A stretch of 64,000 bases of DNA from Acidobacteriota bacterium (GTDB lineage Bacteria > Acidobacteriota > Thermoanaerobaculia > Multivoradales > JAHEKO01), in contig JAJCXP010000366.1 in NCBI GenBank assembly GCA_029263375.1, forward strand, positions 2,402 through 66,401, in the 5' to 3' direction. The position numbers and the translations under genes were made by a program. Within the stretch, counting starts at the first letter, position 1, and every line of letters begins with the position of its first letter. This document shows, piece by piece, positions 53,956 to 64,000 of this stretch. The notes under the pieces were generated by a model, which worked only from the letters and a program-made list of their open reading frames with translations, did no database searches and was not told the DNA's origin.

Positions 53956-56900
53956 GTGCTTGTTGACACCCGCACCGTCGAGCTGACCCGCGGCTTCTAC
54001 GAGTGGGAGCTGCGAGGTCGGGGTTGGGCGCGCTACCCGCGACACGTGGCGCTCGAGCCGGCGTTCCAGCCCTTCCTTGGTCACTCGCCGCCGACTACGC
54101 AGCGAGTCGATGACGCGAGGCGAGAGACCTGGCTCTCGTCGCTTGTGAGCCGGTTGCCAGGTCGACAGCAGACCGTCTCCTCTGAGCTGCATGAGATCAA
54201 GGCGCCTGCTCCAGAGCCGCGACCGCCTGAACTCGCAGAGCTGTCCGAGTTTGTGATCGCCCTCCCGAAGGACGCTCGTGTGCCCAGGGCTGCCGTCCTC
54301 GCATGGCTTCGTGCTCTGTCCACCATCTCGGGGCCTGTCTCCTTCGAGCTACTCGGAGGCACAGAGCGGGTCGAGGTGCGACTCGCTGTTGGCAATCCCG
54401 ATGTCAGTCAGGTCATTGGGCAGCTTCAAGCGGTACTACCCTCGGCCATCGTCCTCGAGGCTCCCGAGCGGCTCGAAGAACGATGGTTCGAGGTCATTGG
54501 CGACCACTTCGCGGCGATCGAGTTTGGCCTCGCGAGCGAGTTCATGATCCCCTTGGCGCGTTTTGGATCCGGGGATGAGCCGCTACTGCCATCGATCGCG
54601 GCGCTCGCCAACGTCGGCGCTGACGAGCTCGGCCTCGTCCAGGTGCTTTTCGAGGAGACTCGCGAGTCCTGGGAGCGCAGCCTCCTGCGGGCCGTGGTCA
54701 CGCCAAGCGGCAAGCCCTTCTTCGCCGATGCACCCGAGATCACCGCGGCGGCGAGGGACAAGGTGGCCACTCCGCTGTTCGCAGTTGCGGTGCGGGTCGC
54801 GGCAGTAGCCCAGACCACAGATAGAACCTGGGAGGTCCTGCAGCAGCTGGCCGGGGGGCTCTCACACTTCGGCAATCCCCAGGCGAACGAGCTGATGCCG
54901 TTGCCGACCGGCGATCTCGAATTGCTGGAGAGCGATCTAATCGACCGAACGACGCATCGCTCCGGAATGCTGCTCTCAACCGAGGAACTCATCTCTCTTG
55001 TCCAGTTCCCCGGAACAGGCGTTCAGGTGCCTGAGCTCTGGCGAGCGAGCGAGAAGAGCAAGGCGGCCCCCGCCGAGGTGATCGGCCAGGGCTGCTTTCT
55101 CGGGAAGAACGAGCACCAAAGTCAGGCTTCCGACGTCCGGCTCCCCGTCGATGCCAAGACGAAGCACGTGCATGTGGTCGGCGGCTCGGGAACAGGCAAA
55201 TCGACGCTTCTTGTGCGCATGATCCTCGAGGACATCGAGGCGGGTCACGGCGTCGGCGTCCTCGATCCGCACGGCGATCTGATCGACGAAGTAGCGTCCC
55301 GAATACCCGAGGACCGCTTCACCGATGTTGTCTTCTTCGATCCGAGCGAAGAGGAGACCGCGATTGGCTGGAACATCCTGGGCGCTCAGTCGGAGACCGA
55401 GAAGGATCTCCTAGCATCGGATCTGGTGGGAGTCTTCCGACGGCTCTCGACCTCCTGGGGCGACCAGATGACGGCGGTGCTCGCGAACGCCATTCTCGTC
55501 TTCTTGGAATCGGACCGGGGCGGGATCTCCTGGACCTCAGGCGCTTCCTCGTTGATGCCGAGTTCCGAAAGGAGATCCTGCAGACCGTCGACGACGAATA
55601 CGTTGGATCGTTCTGGGAAACGGAGTTTCCGCTTCTCATCGGTCGCAAGCCCCAGGCCCCAATCCTGACGCGGCTCGACATGTTCCTCCGCTCCAAGCTG
55701 ATCCGGCGGGTCGTCACCGTACGGAATCCGAAGCTCGACTTCGCAAGAGTGACCGACAGCGGGCACATCTTCCTCGGCAAGCTGGCGACGGGCGCCATCG
55801 GCGAGGAGAATGCGGCGTTGCTGGGGTCCCTTCTCGTCTCGAAGTTTCACCAGGTCACACTTGCGCGCGAAGCGCAGACCGTCGAGCAGCGGCGGCCGTT
55901 CTTCCTCTACATCGACGAGTTCCATCACGTGGCGACGCCCTCGATGGCATCGCTGTTCTCAGGCATGCGGAAGTACCGACTCGGTCTGACGGTGGCACAC
56001 CAGGACCTCTACCAGCTTCACAAGTCGGTCCCGGAGGTCGAGCGTTCGCTGTTGGCGAACGCGTACACGCGGATCTGTTTCCGCGTCGGAGAGGAGGACG
56101 CACGAGGTCTGGCGAAGGGCTTCAGCTTCTTCGAGGCCGAGGACTTGATGGGTCTTGGGCTCGGAGAAGCTATCTGCCGGGTCGGCGGGCGCGACGCCGA
56201 CTTCAATCTCCGGACGGAGAAGCTGCCGCCGGTTGATCGTGAAGAGGCGCAGGCCCGGGTAGCGATTCTCCGAAGCCTCTCAGGACAGAGGTGGCGAGGA
56301 AGCGACGATGGAGACTCTGAACCTCCGCCGCGCACGAAGAAAGCGCCGAGGAAGACGGCCGAGACTGCTAGTCGCGAGCCCAAGGAGGAGGCCACTTCCC
56401 TGCCGCCTGACAAGCAAGAGTCGGTCGACAAGCCTCAGGTGGAACCGGCTCCGCGGCCGCAATTGGACAAGGAGGTGCTCGACTACCTCGAGCTTGTCGC
56501 AACGGCGCCTTTCCTTTCCGTCCGCGAACGCAACGACCACCTCAGCCTGAGCGCGTGGAAGGGTGACCAGGTCAAGAAGACTCTTCTCGACGGGGATCTG
56601 GTGCGCGAGGTGGCGGTCAATCCAGGCGGCCGAGGAGCGCGGTTCAAGCTTCTCGAGTTCACAGCGGCTGGGCGAGGAGCCCTTGCGGACTATGGGATCA
56701 AATCTCCTTCCGGGCACGGGCGGGGTGGAATCGCCCATCAGTGGTGGGTGAACACCATCGCCGCATGGCTCCAGGAGCAAGGCTTCTCCCCCGTGATCGA
56801 GGATGAGTCCTCGGGCGCCAGAGTAGACCTTTCCTTCTCGGTCAAGCGCAAGAGGGTAGCCGTCGAGGTCGAGATGGCCGAAGGCCACGCCCTTGAGAAC

Positions 56901-57395
56901 GTCCGGAAGGACCTGGAAGCGGGCTACGACCTTGTCGTCAGTCTTCTGGATGACTCCACTTCCTTAGGGCGCATCGAGAAGGCTCTTGCCTCTGAGTCGG
57001 GAGACCTACCTTTGAGCGTCCGGGTGGGGAGGGTTCAGGATTACACGGAGCTCCTCGCCCCGCCCCTCATCCCCCACCCTCCTCCCTTACGAGCGCCGAA
57101 CCAAAACAAAGAACCAAGAGCGCAACGCCAGCGACGGCCGCGGACGGCACACGGCGAATCGGCCGGCAAGCGGCAGGCGGATGTCCCCCCAGAGCCAGGC
57201 GCCCTGTCGACGCCCTGGGCCGCGGAGTACCTGGGGCTGAGCCCGGCGACCTTGGAGGCGCTGCGTTCGCGTGGCGGCGGCCCCGCTTTTGCCAAGCTCG
57301 GCAGGCGCGTCGTCTATCGCCGGGAAGACCTCGACGCATGGCTCGCTGAGCGCCGCCGCAAGTCAACGAGTGACGATGGGTCGCCTTCGACTTGA
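53956..57395 (+). pseudogene. large (~1146 codon) T4CP-like FtsK/TraD-family ATPase with N-terminal extension, frameshifted near 55527. C-terminal tail carries an AlpA-like HTH
   Basis: Paralog of 22218-23528 (HVHVVGGSGTGKSTLL, LDPHGDL, FFLYIDEFHHV, LTVAHQDLYQL). Reading continues in another frame after ESDRGG (-1 relative shift). C-terminus LSPATLEALRSRGGGPAFAKLGRRVVYRREDLDAWL is an AlpA/Xis-like HTH. Confidence 0.5.
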
Positions 57396-57414
57396 TTGCT
57401 ATGTGATTGCTAGC
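57392..57414. repeat. arm-type repeat copy 2 (TTGATTGCTATGTGATTGCTAGC)
   Basis: See copy 1 at 4488-4510. Located 46 bp inside attR. Confidence 0.5.
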
Positions 57415-57459
57415 AAGAAAACGGCTCGCCAATCGGCGAGCCCTAAGTTATTGATTCTT

Positions 57460-57510
57460 CATGGTGCCCAGGGGCGGATTTGAACCACCGACACCCTGAT
57501 TTTCAGTCAG
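57460..57510. repeat. attR: 51-bp direct repeat, overlapping the 3' end of tRNA-Phe
   Basis: Identical to 4334-4384. Confidence 0.8.
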
Positions 57511-57537
57511 GTGCTCTACCAACTGAGCTACCTGGGC
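57462..57537 (-). tRNA. tRNA-Phe: tRNA-Phe (anticodon GAA)
   Basis: The reverse complement reads GCCCAGGTAGCTCAGTTGGTAGAGCACCTGACTGAAAATCAGGGTGTCGGTGGTTCAAATCCGCCCCTGGGCACCA. It forms a 7-bp acceptor stem and a T-arm GGTGG/CCGCC, carries anticodon GAA, and has an encoded CCA. Confidence 0.9.
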
Positions 57538-57633
57538 ACTGGGACAGGGGTCGTGACGACCGGGTTGTCCCAGGCGGTTTATAGCGGCTCTTTGAGCCGG
57601 GAGTCAAGGCGGATCGCGCGCCCCCCCTTCCCC

Positions 57634-59019
57634 CTAAGGCTGAGTCGCCTCCGCCCTCGGTACCCAGACCGGCGCCTGCTCGAACCCCGCCGCATCCGTC
57701 AGCCGGGTGAGCTCGCTGCCATCCGGCCGTATGACGAACAGATCGATGGCGCCATACCGGTCCGAATCGAAGGCGATCCACTGGCCGTCGGGCGACCACG
57801 AGGGGTAGCCGTCGTCTGCGAGGTGGTCGGTCAGGCGGGTGACGTCGGAGCCGTCGATGGCCATGGTGTAGATATCGAAATCGCGGCCGTCGCGGGTGGC
57901 CATCCACACGATGCGCTGGCCGTCGGGAGAGATCCGGGCGGGGCCTTCGCCGCCGTAGTGGTGCGCGGGCGCGTTGTCGTTGCCGGGGAAATGGGTGAGC
58001 TGGCGGGCTTCGCCGCCGGCGAGGGGCAGGGACCAGATCTCGGCGCTGCCGCCGCGGTCGGACCAGAAGACGATGGTCTGGCCGTCGGGGGTGACGTCGG
58101 GCTGGCAGTCGTTGGCGTCGTTGTCGGTGAGTTGGCGCACGATGGCGCCGTCGGCGTCCAATAGATAGAGCTCGCGGTCGCCGGCCTGTTGTGCGCAGAC
58201 GACGAGGCCGCCGTCGGGCAGGACGCCGACCCAGGAGTCTGCGACCGGCAGATCGTTGACGAGCTCGAACTCGCCGCCGTTCGGGTCGAGCCGGTAGAGG
58301 CGATAGCCCGGCTCGGTGCCCGCCGGACGATCGGAGACGACGAGCAGCTTGGCGCCGGCGGCGTAGACCCACTCGGTATCCGGAGCCGTCGTCAGATTGC
58401 GCTCTTCACCGGTGCGCAGGTCGCGGCGGTAGACCTCGTAGTTGCCGTCGCGCTGCGTGTTGAACACCAGGTCCCACGCCTCGGCCCAGGCGCCGCCGAG
58501 CGCGACCTCTTTGGAGCCGACGCGGGTGAAGGCGATGTTCATGAACGGCTGCCAGGATTCGTCGACGAGCTTCTCGCTGACCATGGTGAATCGGTCGGGA
58601 CCGTCGAAGTCGATCCGGCTCCGGATGTGCGTGTCCTGCGACTCGTCGCCGTACGACTCGTAGAAGACGGGGCGGCCGTCCTCCTCGCCGAGCTCACCTT
58701 TGCTGACGCCGCCGAGGCTGTTGAAGTACCAGAACCTCACCGTCTCGGTCTCGGCGTCCCAGCCGTAAAAGGTCTCACCGGAGTAGGGGCTCGGAGCGCC
58801 GGTCACCCGGTGTTCGTTGCGAAGGAAGCGATCCTGGTGCACCCACTCCCAGCACTGGAGATCACGGATCTCGGTGCCCTCGAACTGCCCGATCCAACAC
58901 TTGCCGACCAGCGGCGCGAGCGGATCGAAGTGGGCCTTCCAGGCGGCGGCGTCATCACCTTCGGCCAGGCCGGCAGCCGGCAGGGCCAGAAGCGCCGCGA
59001 GCAGCCACGGCACGGTCAT
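57634..59019 (-). CDS. secreted TolB-like beta-propeller (PD40/WD40-like repeat) protein
   Basis: Signal peptide MTVPWLLAALLALPAAGLA. Repeated P.VSPDG..I.F.SDR.G modules. Confidence 0.6.
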   Translation of the reverse strand: MTVPWLLAALLALPAAGLAEGDDAAAWKAHFDPLAPLVGKCWIGQFEGTEIRDLQCWEWVHQDRFLRNEHRVTGAPSPYSGETFYGWDAETETVRFWYFNSLGGVSKGELGEEDGRPVFYESYGDESQDTHIRSRIDFDGPDRFTMVSEKLVDESWQPFMNIAFTRVGSKEVALGGAWAEAWDLVFNTQRDGNYEVYRRDLRTGEERNLTTAPDTEWVYAAGAKLLVVSDRPAGTEPGYRLYRLDPNGGEFELVNDLPVADSWVGVLPDGGLVVCAQQAGDRELYLLDADGAIVRQLTDNDANDCQPDVTPDGQTIVFWSDRGGSAEIWSLPLAGGEARQLTHFPGNDNAPAHHYGGEGPARISPDGQRIVWMATRDGRDFDIYTMAIDGSDVTRLTDHLADDGYPSWSPDGQWIAFDSDRYGAIDLFVIRPDGSELTRLTDAAGFEQAPVWVPRAEATQP

Positions 59020-59155
59020 CCTCGCTCTCAGTTCTCCATCCATACCTACATCCATGCCTACGACCATCGATCGTCTCCCTTGGGTCGAACCCGAACCGAG
59101 AAGCTATCAGTGAGGGACCTGGACGACCGCGTAGACTAGGGTCGGGAGGCATTCC

Positions 59156-60268
59156 ATGACACGCACGCTAGAGATCCCGCTGCTGACGATCGCCCTGCTC
59201 GTTGCTCTCCCCCTTCGCGCTCAGGAACAGCCCGCTGAGCGCTTCGAAGAGGCGCTCGACGTGATCGAAGTTCTGGTCGACGTCCTGGCCACGGACCGGC
59301 GCGGCAAGGTGGTCAAGGGGCTCACGGCGAGCGACTTCGTCGTTGAGGAGGACGGCCAGCCGCGCGAGATCACCGGTGTCACGTTTTACACCTCACGCTA
59401 CGAGGATCTGGCGCCGCGTCCTGACGACGCTCCGGCGCCGCCCGCGGGCTTCCCGCCGCCGGATCTGCCGGCGAGCCGCTACTTCGTGCTCTTCTTCCAC
59501 GACCAGACGGTCGAGACCGACAACCGCGCGCAGCTGACCAGCAATCGACTGCGGGCGGCGCGCGAGGCGCGGCTGTGGGTCGAGACCGAAATGGCGCCGT
59601 CGGACTGGATCGCAGTCGTGCGGTTCGACTTCCAGCTCTCGGTGCAGCTCGACTTCAGCCAGGAACGCATGGCGATCCAGGACGCGATCGAAGCGGCGAC
59701 GCTGAACAAGAAGACCCGGGCGATGACCCCGTCCGTGCGCGCTCGCCGTGAGCACCCGGGACGCGGCCCGTCGCTGACCGCGAACCTCCCGCACGTCGCG
59801 GACCTCGACAGCGCGAGCCTGCGCATCGAGGACGGAGTGCGCATCGTGGCCGAAGCCGCGCGGCCGATCATCGGCCGCAAGAACATGATCCTGTTCACGC
59901 TCGGCTTCGGCCGAACCGAATCACCGCTCGGCTCGCCGGACGAGCGCTACTACCCGGCGATGGAGGCCGCCCTCAACACGTCGAACGTGGCGGTCTATCC
60001 GATCGACATGAGCGGCTCGGGCAACCAGACGCCGCAGAACAACTTCCTGAGCCAGCTCGCGGACGAGACCGGCGGGGTCTACTTTGCGACCTTCAATCGC
60101 TTCCTCGATCCGCTGCGCGACATCTCGCGCTACAACACCGGCTACTACCTCTTGAGCTTCAGATCCCAAGCGCCGCCGGGTGAGCTCGGCTACCGGCACT
60201 TCAAGGTCAAGGCGGTCGACAAGAAAGTCCGCGTCAAGGCGCGGCGCGGGTACTCGTACGGCGGGTAA
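59156..60268 (+). CDS. VWA-domain-containing exported protein
   Basis: Signal peptide. VWA-like Rossmann segment (RYFVLFFHDQ...NMILFTLGFGRTE...NVAVYPIDMSG). Confidence 0.55.
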   Translation: MTRTLEIPLLTIALLVALPLRAQEQPAERFEEALDVIEVLVDVLATDRRGKVVKGLTASDFVVEEDGQPREITGVTFYTSRYEDLAPRPDDAPAPPAGFPPPDLPASRYFVLFFHDQTVETDNRAQLTSNRLRAAREARLWVETEMAPSDWIAVVRFDFQLSVQLDFSQERMAIQDAIEAATLNKKTRAMTPSVRARREHPGRGPSLTANLPHVADLDSASLRIEDGVRIVAEAARPIIGRKNMILFTLGFGRTESPLGSPDERYYPAMEAALNTSNVAVYPIDMSGSGNQTPQNNFLSQLADETGGVYFATFNRFLDPLRDISRYNTGYYLLSFRSQAPPGELGYRHFKVKAVDKKVRVKARRGYSYGG

Positions 60269-60271
60269 CCG

Positions 60272-60559
60272 TCAGTAGTGGTACCGGGCCTGCAGGAAGT
60301 CGATCTGACCTTCCCGCACTAGATAGACCAGCCGGTGCTCCTGCGTGATCCGGCGCGACCAGCAGCCGCGTAGGTGGAACTTCAGCGGCTCGGGTTTGCC
60401 GAGACCGGAAGTCGGATCTCGGAGCACCGCCTCGACGAGATCGACCACCCTGAGCGCGGTCTTGCGATCAACTCGGATCCAGTGACGTAGGTCGTCGCGG
60501 AACTCAGGGTGGAAGACCGCCTGTGGCGCGCGCCCTCCCTTACTCCGGCGAGTCGTCAA
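60272..60559 (-). CDS. yoeB: YoeB/Txe-family toxin
   Basis: LRVVDLVEAVLRDP..GLGKPEPLK...WSRRITQEHRLVY. Confidence 0.8.
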   Translation of the reverse strand: MTTRRSKGGRAPQAVFHPEFRDDLRHWIRVDRKTALRVVDLVEAVLRDPTSGLGKPEPLKFHLRGCWSRRITQEHRLVYLVREGQIDFLQARYHY

Positions 60560-60830
60560 GTCCCAGCTCCCGACGCAACTCGTCCAGGGACGACGGCTTG
60601 GGCGCGTCGCCGAGAGCCCGCTCTAGAGCTGTCGCGAGCCGCTGCGCGTTGCGCGGCGAGCGCAGGAGATGCGCGGTCTCGAGCAGCGAGTCGAGCTCGG
60701 CCTCCGAGATCAGCGCCACAGTCTCCCCGTTGCGACGCTCGATCAGATACGGCTCGCGGGTCTCCGCCACCTCATCGCACAAGCTGGCGAGATTGGCGCG
60801 AGCTCGGGTGTATGTCGTTCGGTTCGCCAT
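60540..60830 (-). CDS. yefM: YefM/Phd-family antitoxin
   Basis: MANRTTYTRARANLASLCDEVAETREPYLIERRNGETVALIS. Overlaps the yoeB start. Confidence 0.7.
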   Translation of the reverse strand: MANRTTYTRARANLASLCDEVAETREPYLIERRNGETVALISEAELDSLLETAHLLRSPRNAQRLATALERALGDAPKPSSLDELRRELGLDDSPE

Positions 60831-61081
60831 GGCTTCAACCTGTACAGTCATACTGTACGTGTTCTCACCGCAGTCTTCAAGCCCCGCCCGCTACCCCGCT
60901 ACCCCCAACCACCCATACCCAAATCGACAAGCATCGATTGAGTTTTTTAGGTATCCTTACTTGTCTGAGCATTGATACAGGTTCCTGGGGGGATCCGAGG
61001 GTCAGGTAAGTCAGGGGCCGAGCGGCTGCTGGCCGGAGCGGCCTCCCCGAGATCAGATTTGGAACGGATCGAGGGCACGGG

Positions 61082-62374
61082 GTGAATGGTACGCAAGCGC
61101 TGGCGGTAGGCGCGGGACTCGTGGTGGCGGTGGTCCTGATTGGGGTGGTGAGCCTCTTCCGGCGCCGCTTCCGGCTCGTGCGTCAGCTGAGCTTCCCGCT
61201 GACGATCTCGGCGATCGCGGCCGGGCTCAAGGTGGTCACGCTGTTTCGGGTGCCCGAGTTCGCGATCATCGAGCCGAAGCTCAACTTCCTGTTCATCTTC
61301 GCCGCGGCGCTGATCGCGATCCGGCTGGTGGCGACGTACTACTTCGACGTCCACCTGTTCCACACCCGCGGCGTGCGGCTGCCACCGCTCCTGCCGCCGG
61401 TGTTCGTGTCGGTCGGCTACCTGATCACCGCCTTCCTGATCCTGAAGTCGATGGGCGTCAGCCTGACCGGCATCGTCGCGACCAGCGCGATCACCTCGCT
61501 GGTCCTCGGCCTGGCGCTGCAACCGATCCTCGGGAACTTCTTCTCCGGTCTGGTGATCTCACTCGAGAGACCGTACCGGATCAACGACTGGATCAAGGTC
61601 GGCGACATCGAGGCTCGGGTGGTCGACATCACCTGGCGCACGACGCACCTGCGGACTCGGGACAACGACAACCTGATCTATCCGAATTCCGAGATTGCCA
61701 ACCGCGAGATCATCAACTACTACTATCCGCACCCACTTCACCTGGAGCGGATCTACGTCGGCGTCCACTACCGCACGCCCCCCTACCGCGCCAAGGCGGC
61801 GATCCTCGCCGCCGCCCACCGCGTCGACGGCGTTCTCGAGAAGCCCTCACCCGAGTGCTTCGTGATCGACTTCGGCGACAGCGCGATCACCTACGAGATG
61901 CGGGTGTGGATCGAGGACATCGCGCGCCGTCCGAAGATCGAGAGCGACGCGCGCACCGAGATCTGGGAAGAGTTCCATCGCCGCGGCATCACCATCCCGT
62001 TCCCGATCCGCACGCTCGAGATCGAGCCGCGGGCCTCCACGCTCGGCATCAAGCGCGCGACAGACCCGAGCACGGCGGTTCCGCAGGCTCGGATCTACGT
62101 GTCGGCCGGGCCCGACCACGGGCGCACGCTCCACCTCTCCGAGGAGCCGGTGCTGATCGGACGCTCGAGCAAGTGCGACATGAAACTCAAGGTGCCTCAG
62201 GCGAGCAAGGAGCACTGTCGCATCGAGTGGCGCGAGGACGGATACTGGATCGTCGACGTCGGCAGCCAATTCGGTACCATAGTCAACGGAAGAAAGGTGG
62301 AGGAGGAGCGCCTGACCGATCTCGACGACATCTCGATCGGTGAGGACGAGCTCCGTTTCGAAACCCATGGCTAG
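61082..62374 (+). CDS. MscS-family mechanosensitive channel fused to a C-terminal FHA domain
   Basis: TM3/beta-domain LVLGLALQPILGNFFSGLVISLERPYRINDWIKVGDIEARV. C-terminal FHA (LIGRSSKCDMKL...HCRIEW..DGYWIVDVGSQFGTIVNG). Confidence 0.75.
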   Translation: MNGTQALAVGAGLVVAVVLIGVVSLFRRRFRLVRQLSFPLTISAIAAGLKVVTLFRVPEFAIIEPKLNFLFIFAAALIAIRLVATYYFDVHLFHTRGVRLPPLLPPVFVSVGYLITAFLILKSMGVSLTGIVATSAITSLVLGLALQPILGNFFSGLVISLERPYRINDWIKVGDIEARVVDITWRTTHLRTRDNDNLIYPNSEIANREIINYYYPHPLHLERIYVGVHYRTPPYRAKAAILAAAHRVDGVLEKPSPECFVIDFGDSAITYEMRVWIEDIARRPKIESDARTEIWEEFHRRGITIPFPIRTLEIEPRASTLGIKRATDPSTAVPQARIYVSAGPDHGRTLHLSEEPVLIGRSSKCDMKLKVPQASKEHCRIEWREDGYWIVDVGSQFGTIVNGRKVEEERLTDLDDISIGEDELRFETHG

Positions 62375-64000
62375 CAGCGAAGAGCACCCACGGCGAATCG
62401 GTCAGTACGAAGTCCTGGGCGCCATCGGCAAGGGCGCGATGGGTCAGGTATACAAGGCGGTCCAACCGTCGCTCAATCGGATCGTGGCGGTCAAGATCCT
62501 GCCGCACGAGTTCCTGGAGGACGCGACACGGGTGGAGCGCTTCAACCGCGAGGCGAAGGCCGTCGCCCTGTTGAGCCATCCCAACATCGTCCAGATCATC
62601 GACAAGGACCAGGACGAGGACACCCTCTTCTTCGTCATGGAGTACGTGCCGGGCTCGTCACTCGACGAGGTCATGCGCAAGCGGCGGCTGTCGCTCCAGG
62701 AGGCGTTCGCGGTCTTCCGTGGAGTCTGCAGCGGACTCGAGGCGGCGCACCGTCAGAACGTGATCCACCGCGATCTCAATCCGCGCAACATCCTGATCTC
62801 GGACGACTTCTCGGTGGTCAAGCTGGCCGACTTCGGGATCTCCAAGGTCGAGTCGATCTCGCGCGAGATGGGCACGCTGTCGACCGCCGAGGCGAGCATG
62901 GGCACCCTCCACTACATGTCCCCGGAGCAGGCGATCAGCGCCGGCACGGTCGATCACCGCACCGACATCTACTCGGCCGGCGTGGTGCTCTACGAGATGC
63001 TCACCGGACGGGTACCGGTCGGCCGGTTCAATCTGCCGAGCCAGATCAACAGTGAGGTCCCCTCCGAGATCGACCCGATCGTCCTCAAGTGCCTGGCGAC
63101 CGAGCCCGAGGATCGATACGCGACGGCCACCCAGCTGATCAAGAGCGTGAGTCTCCTCGAGGACCAGCTGCGGCTCGGACTGGTCAACGAGTTGCGCGGC
63201 ATCTCGCGCGGGACCTCGAGAATCTTCCGGAGCTCGACCCAGACTTTCAAGAACAAGAAGGTGCTGATCGGCGGCGCGGCGGTACTCGCTCTCGCCGCGG
63301 TTGCCACGGCCGTGGTGCTCCTGTTGCCGTCCAAGCCGGCCGCCGAGGACGCACAGGCCGCGGCGCCCGCGGGCAGTGCGTTTCGGGTCGAGGCGGCGCC
63401 GGGTTTCGACCCCGATGCCGTGTCCACCGGGGTCGTGACCTCGTCGGACCTCGACCTGCCCGACGACGATTCCGGGCCGCCTGCCGCGGCCCAGGCTCGC
63501 ACCGAGCCGCCGGTGGCTGCGCAGCCCGCCCCGGCCGAGCCGCAACCGCGTCCAGCTCAACCCGATCCGGCACCGGTACGCGCAGCTCCGACCGGTGACG
63601 GCGAGTACAAAGTCGCCCTGGACAAGCTCAAGGCGGGCCTCTTCGACCCCGCGATCAAGGACTTCGAGGATTTCCTCAAGAGGTTCCCGAACAGCCCCCG
63701 CATACCGGGCGCGTATCTGGCGATCGCCGAGTCGCACGTAGGCGCCGGCCGGATCGAGGAGGCGTTGGCGGGCTTCGTCGAGGTCCAGAGCCGCTTCCCC
63801 ACTGCCCGTGAATCGGGTCAGGCGAGCTACCGCCAGGGTGAATTGATGATGTTGAGCAGTCGCGCCAACAAGGAGGTCCAGGCGCGCGAGACCTTCGATC
63901 GAACGGCGACGAATTTCCCGAACTCGACCTGGGCGCCGCTGGCGCTGATGGCCAAGGCGTCGATCGAGCTCAACGGCAAGATCACGGCGAACGACCCGGT
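62367..64000 (+). CDS. Ser/Thr protein kinase (Hanks-type) with TM segment and TPR-like tail. Runs off the window end
   Basis: GKGAMGQVYKA, VAVKIL, HRDLNPRNIL, DFG, SPEQ. ATG overlaps the FHA-gene stop. Confidence 0.8.
   Translation, partial: MASSEEHPRRIGQYEVLGAIGKGAMGQVYKAVQPSLNRIVAVKILPHEFLEDATRVERFNREAKAVALLSHPNIVQIIDKDQDEDTLFFVMEYVPGSSLDEVMRKRRLSLQEAFAVFRGVCSGLEAAHRQNVIHRDLNPRNILISDDFSVVKLADFGISKVESISREMGTLSTAEASMGTLHYMSPEQAISAGTVDHRTDIYSAGVVLYEMLTGRVPVGRFNLPSQINSEVPSEIDPIVLKCLATEPEDRYATATQLIKSVSLLEDQLRLGLVNELRGISRGTSRIFRSSTQTFKNKKVLIGGAAVLALAAVATAVVLLLPSKPAAEDAQAAAPAGSAFRVEAAPGFDPDAVSTGVVTSSDLDLPDDDSGPPAAAQARTEPPVAAQPAPAEPQPRPAQPDPAPVRAAPTGDGEYKVALDKLKAGLFDPAIKDFEDFLKRFPNSPRIPGAYLAIAESHVGAGRIEEALAGFVEVQSRFPTARESGQASYRQGELMMLSSRANKEVQARETFDRTATNFPNSTWAPLALMAKASIELNGKITANDP

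Noticed and set aside
57503-58372. Plus-strand and minus-strand ORFs (289 aa, 217 aa) antisense to or overlapping the TolB-like gene
   Set aside because: Arg/Pro-rich low-complexity translations. The minus-strand TolB-like frame has a signal peptide and propeller repeats.

Overview
High-GC (~65%) bacterial window. Its central feature is a ~53 kb integrated element, roughly 4385-57460, inserted at the 3' end of a tRNA-Phe(GAA) gene. The intact tRNA lies on the minus strand at 57462-57537. The element is bounded by a perfect 51-bp direct repeat (attL 4334-4384, attR 57460-57510) that duplicates the 3' 48 nt of the tRNA. A 23-bp arm-type repeat (TTGATTGCTATRTGATTGCTAGC) sits just inside each end. 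The element has ICE/IME character: a P4-type tyrosine integrase (4522-5760) and a HTH_17 excisionase-family gene (52726-52965). It also carries a replication-relaxation family protein, a CHC2/Toprim primase, a candidate iteron array next to a winged-helix Rep-like gene, a RadC homologue and two T4CP-like FtsK/TraD-family ATPases, one of them frameshifted. Cargo includes a secreted-protease cluster with a 1581-aa metzincin/FG-GAP protein and a membrane trypsin-like protease, an IS3-family IS with an extra frameshift in orfB, an ABC transporter operon with an HTH regulator, a GT2 synthase, a Sel1-repeat protein and an integrase remnant. The most notable cargo is an ~18.7 kb, nine-gene, translationally coupled minus-strand operon (52965 down to 34208). 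In transcription order it encodes: a HTH_17 protein; an HsdM-like N6-adenine MTase with an extra N-terminal domain; an SMC/ABC-like AAA ATPase; a small partner protein; two divergent tandem HsdS-like specificity genes, each followed by a copy of the kinase-gene 5' end; a 1408-aa NERD plus tandem pseudokinase/kinase plus P-loop protein; a 563-aa unknown protein; and a 1861-aa protein with a C-terminal HerA/FtsK-like ATPase. No HsdR is present. This looks like a composite methylation-associated anti-phage system related to, but not identical with, BREX type 2/Pgl or MADS-like architectures. Left flank (outside the island): a SIR2-like gene and small membrane proteins. Right flank: a TolB-like propeller protein, a VWA protein, a YefM-YoeB TA pair, an MscS-FHA fusion and a partial Ser/Thr kinase. 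All functional calls come from motifs read in the ORF translations; no database search was possible.
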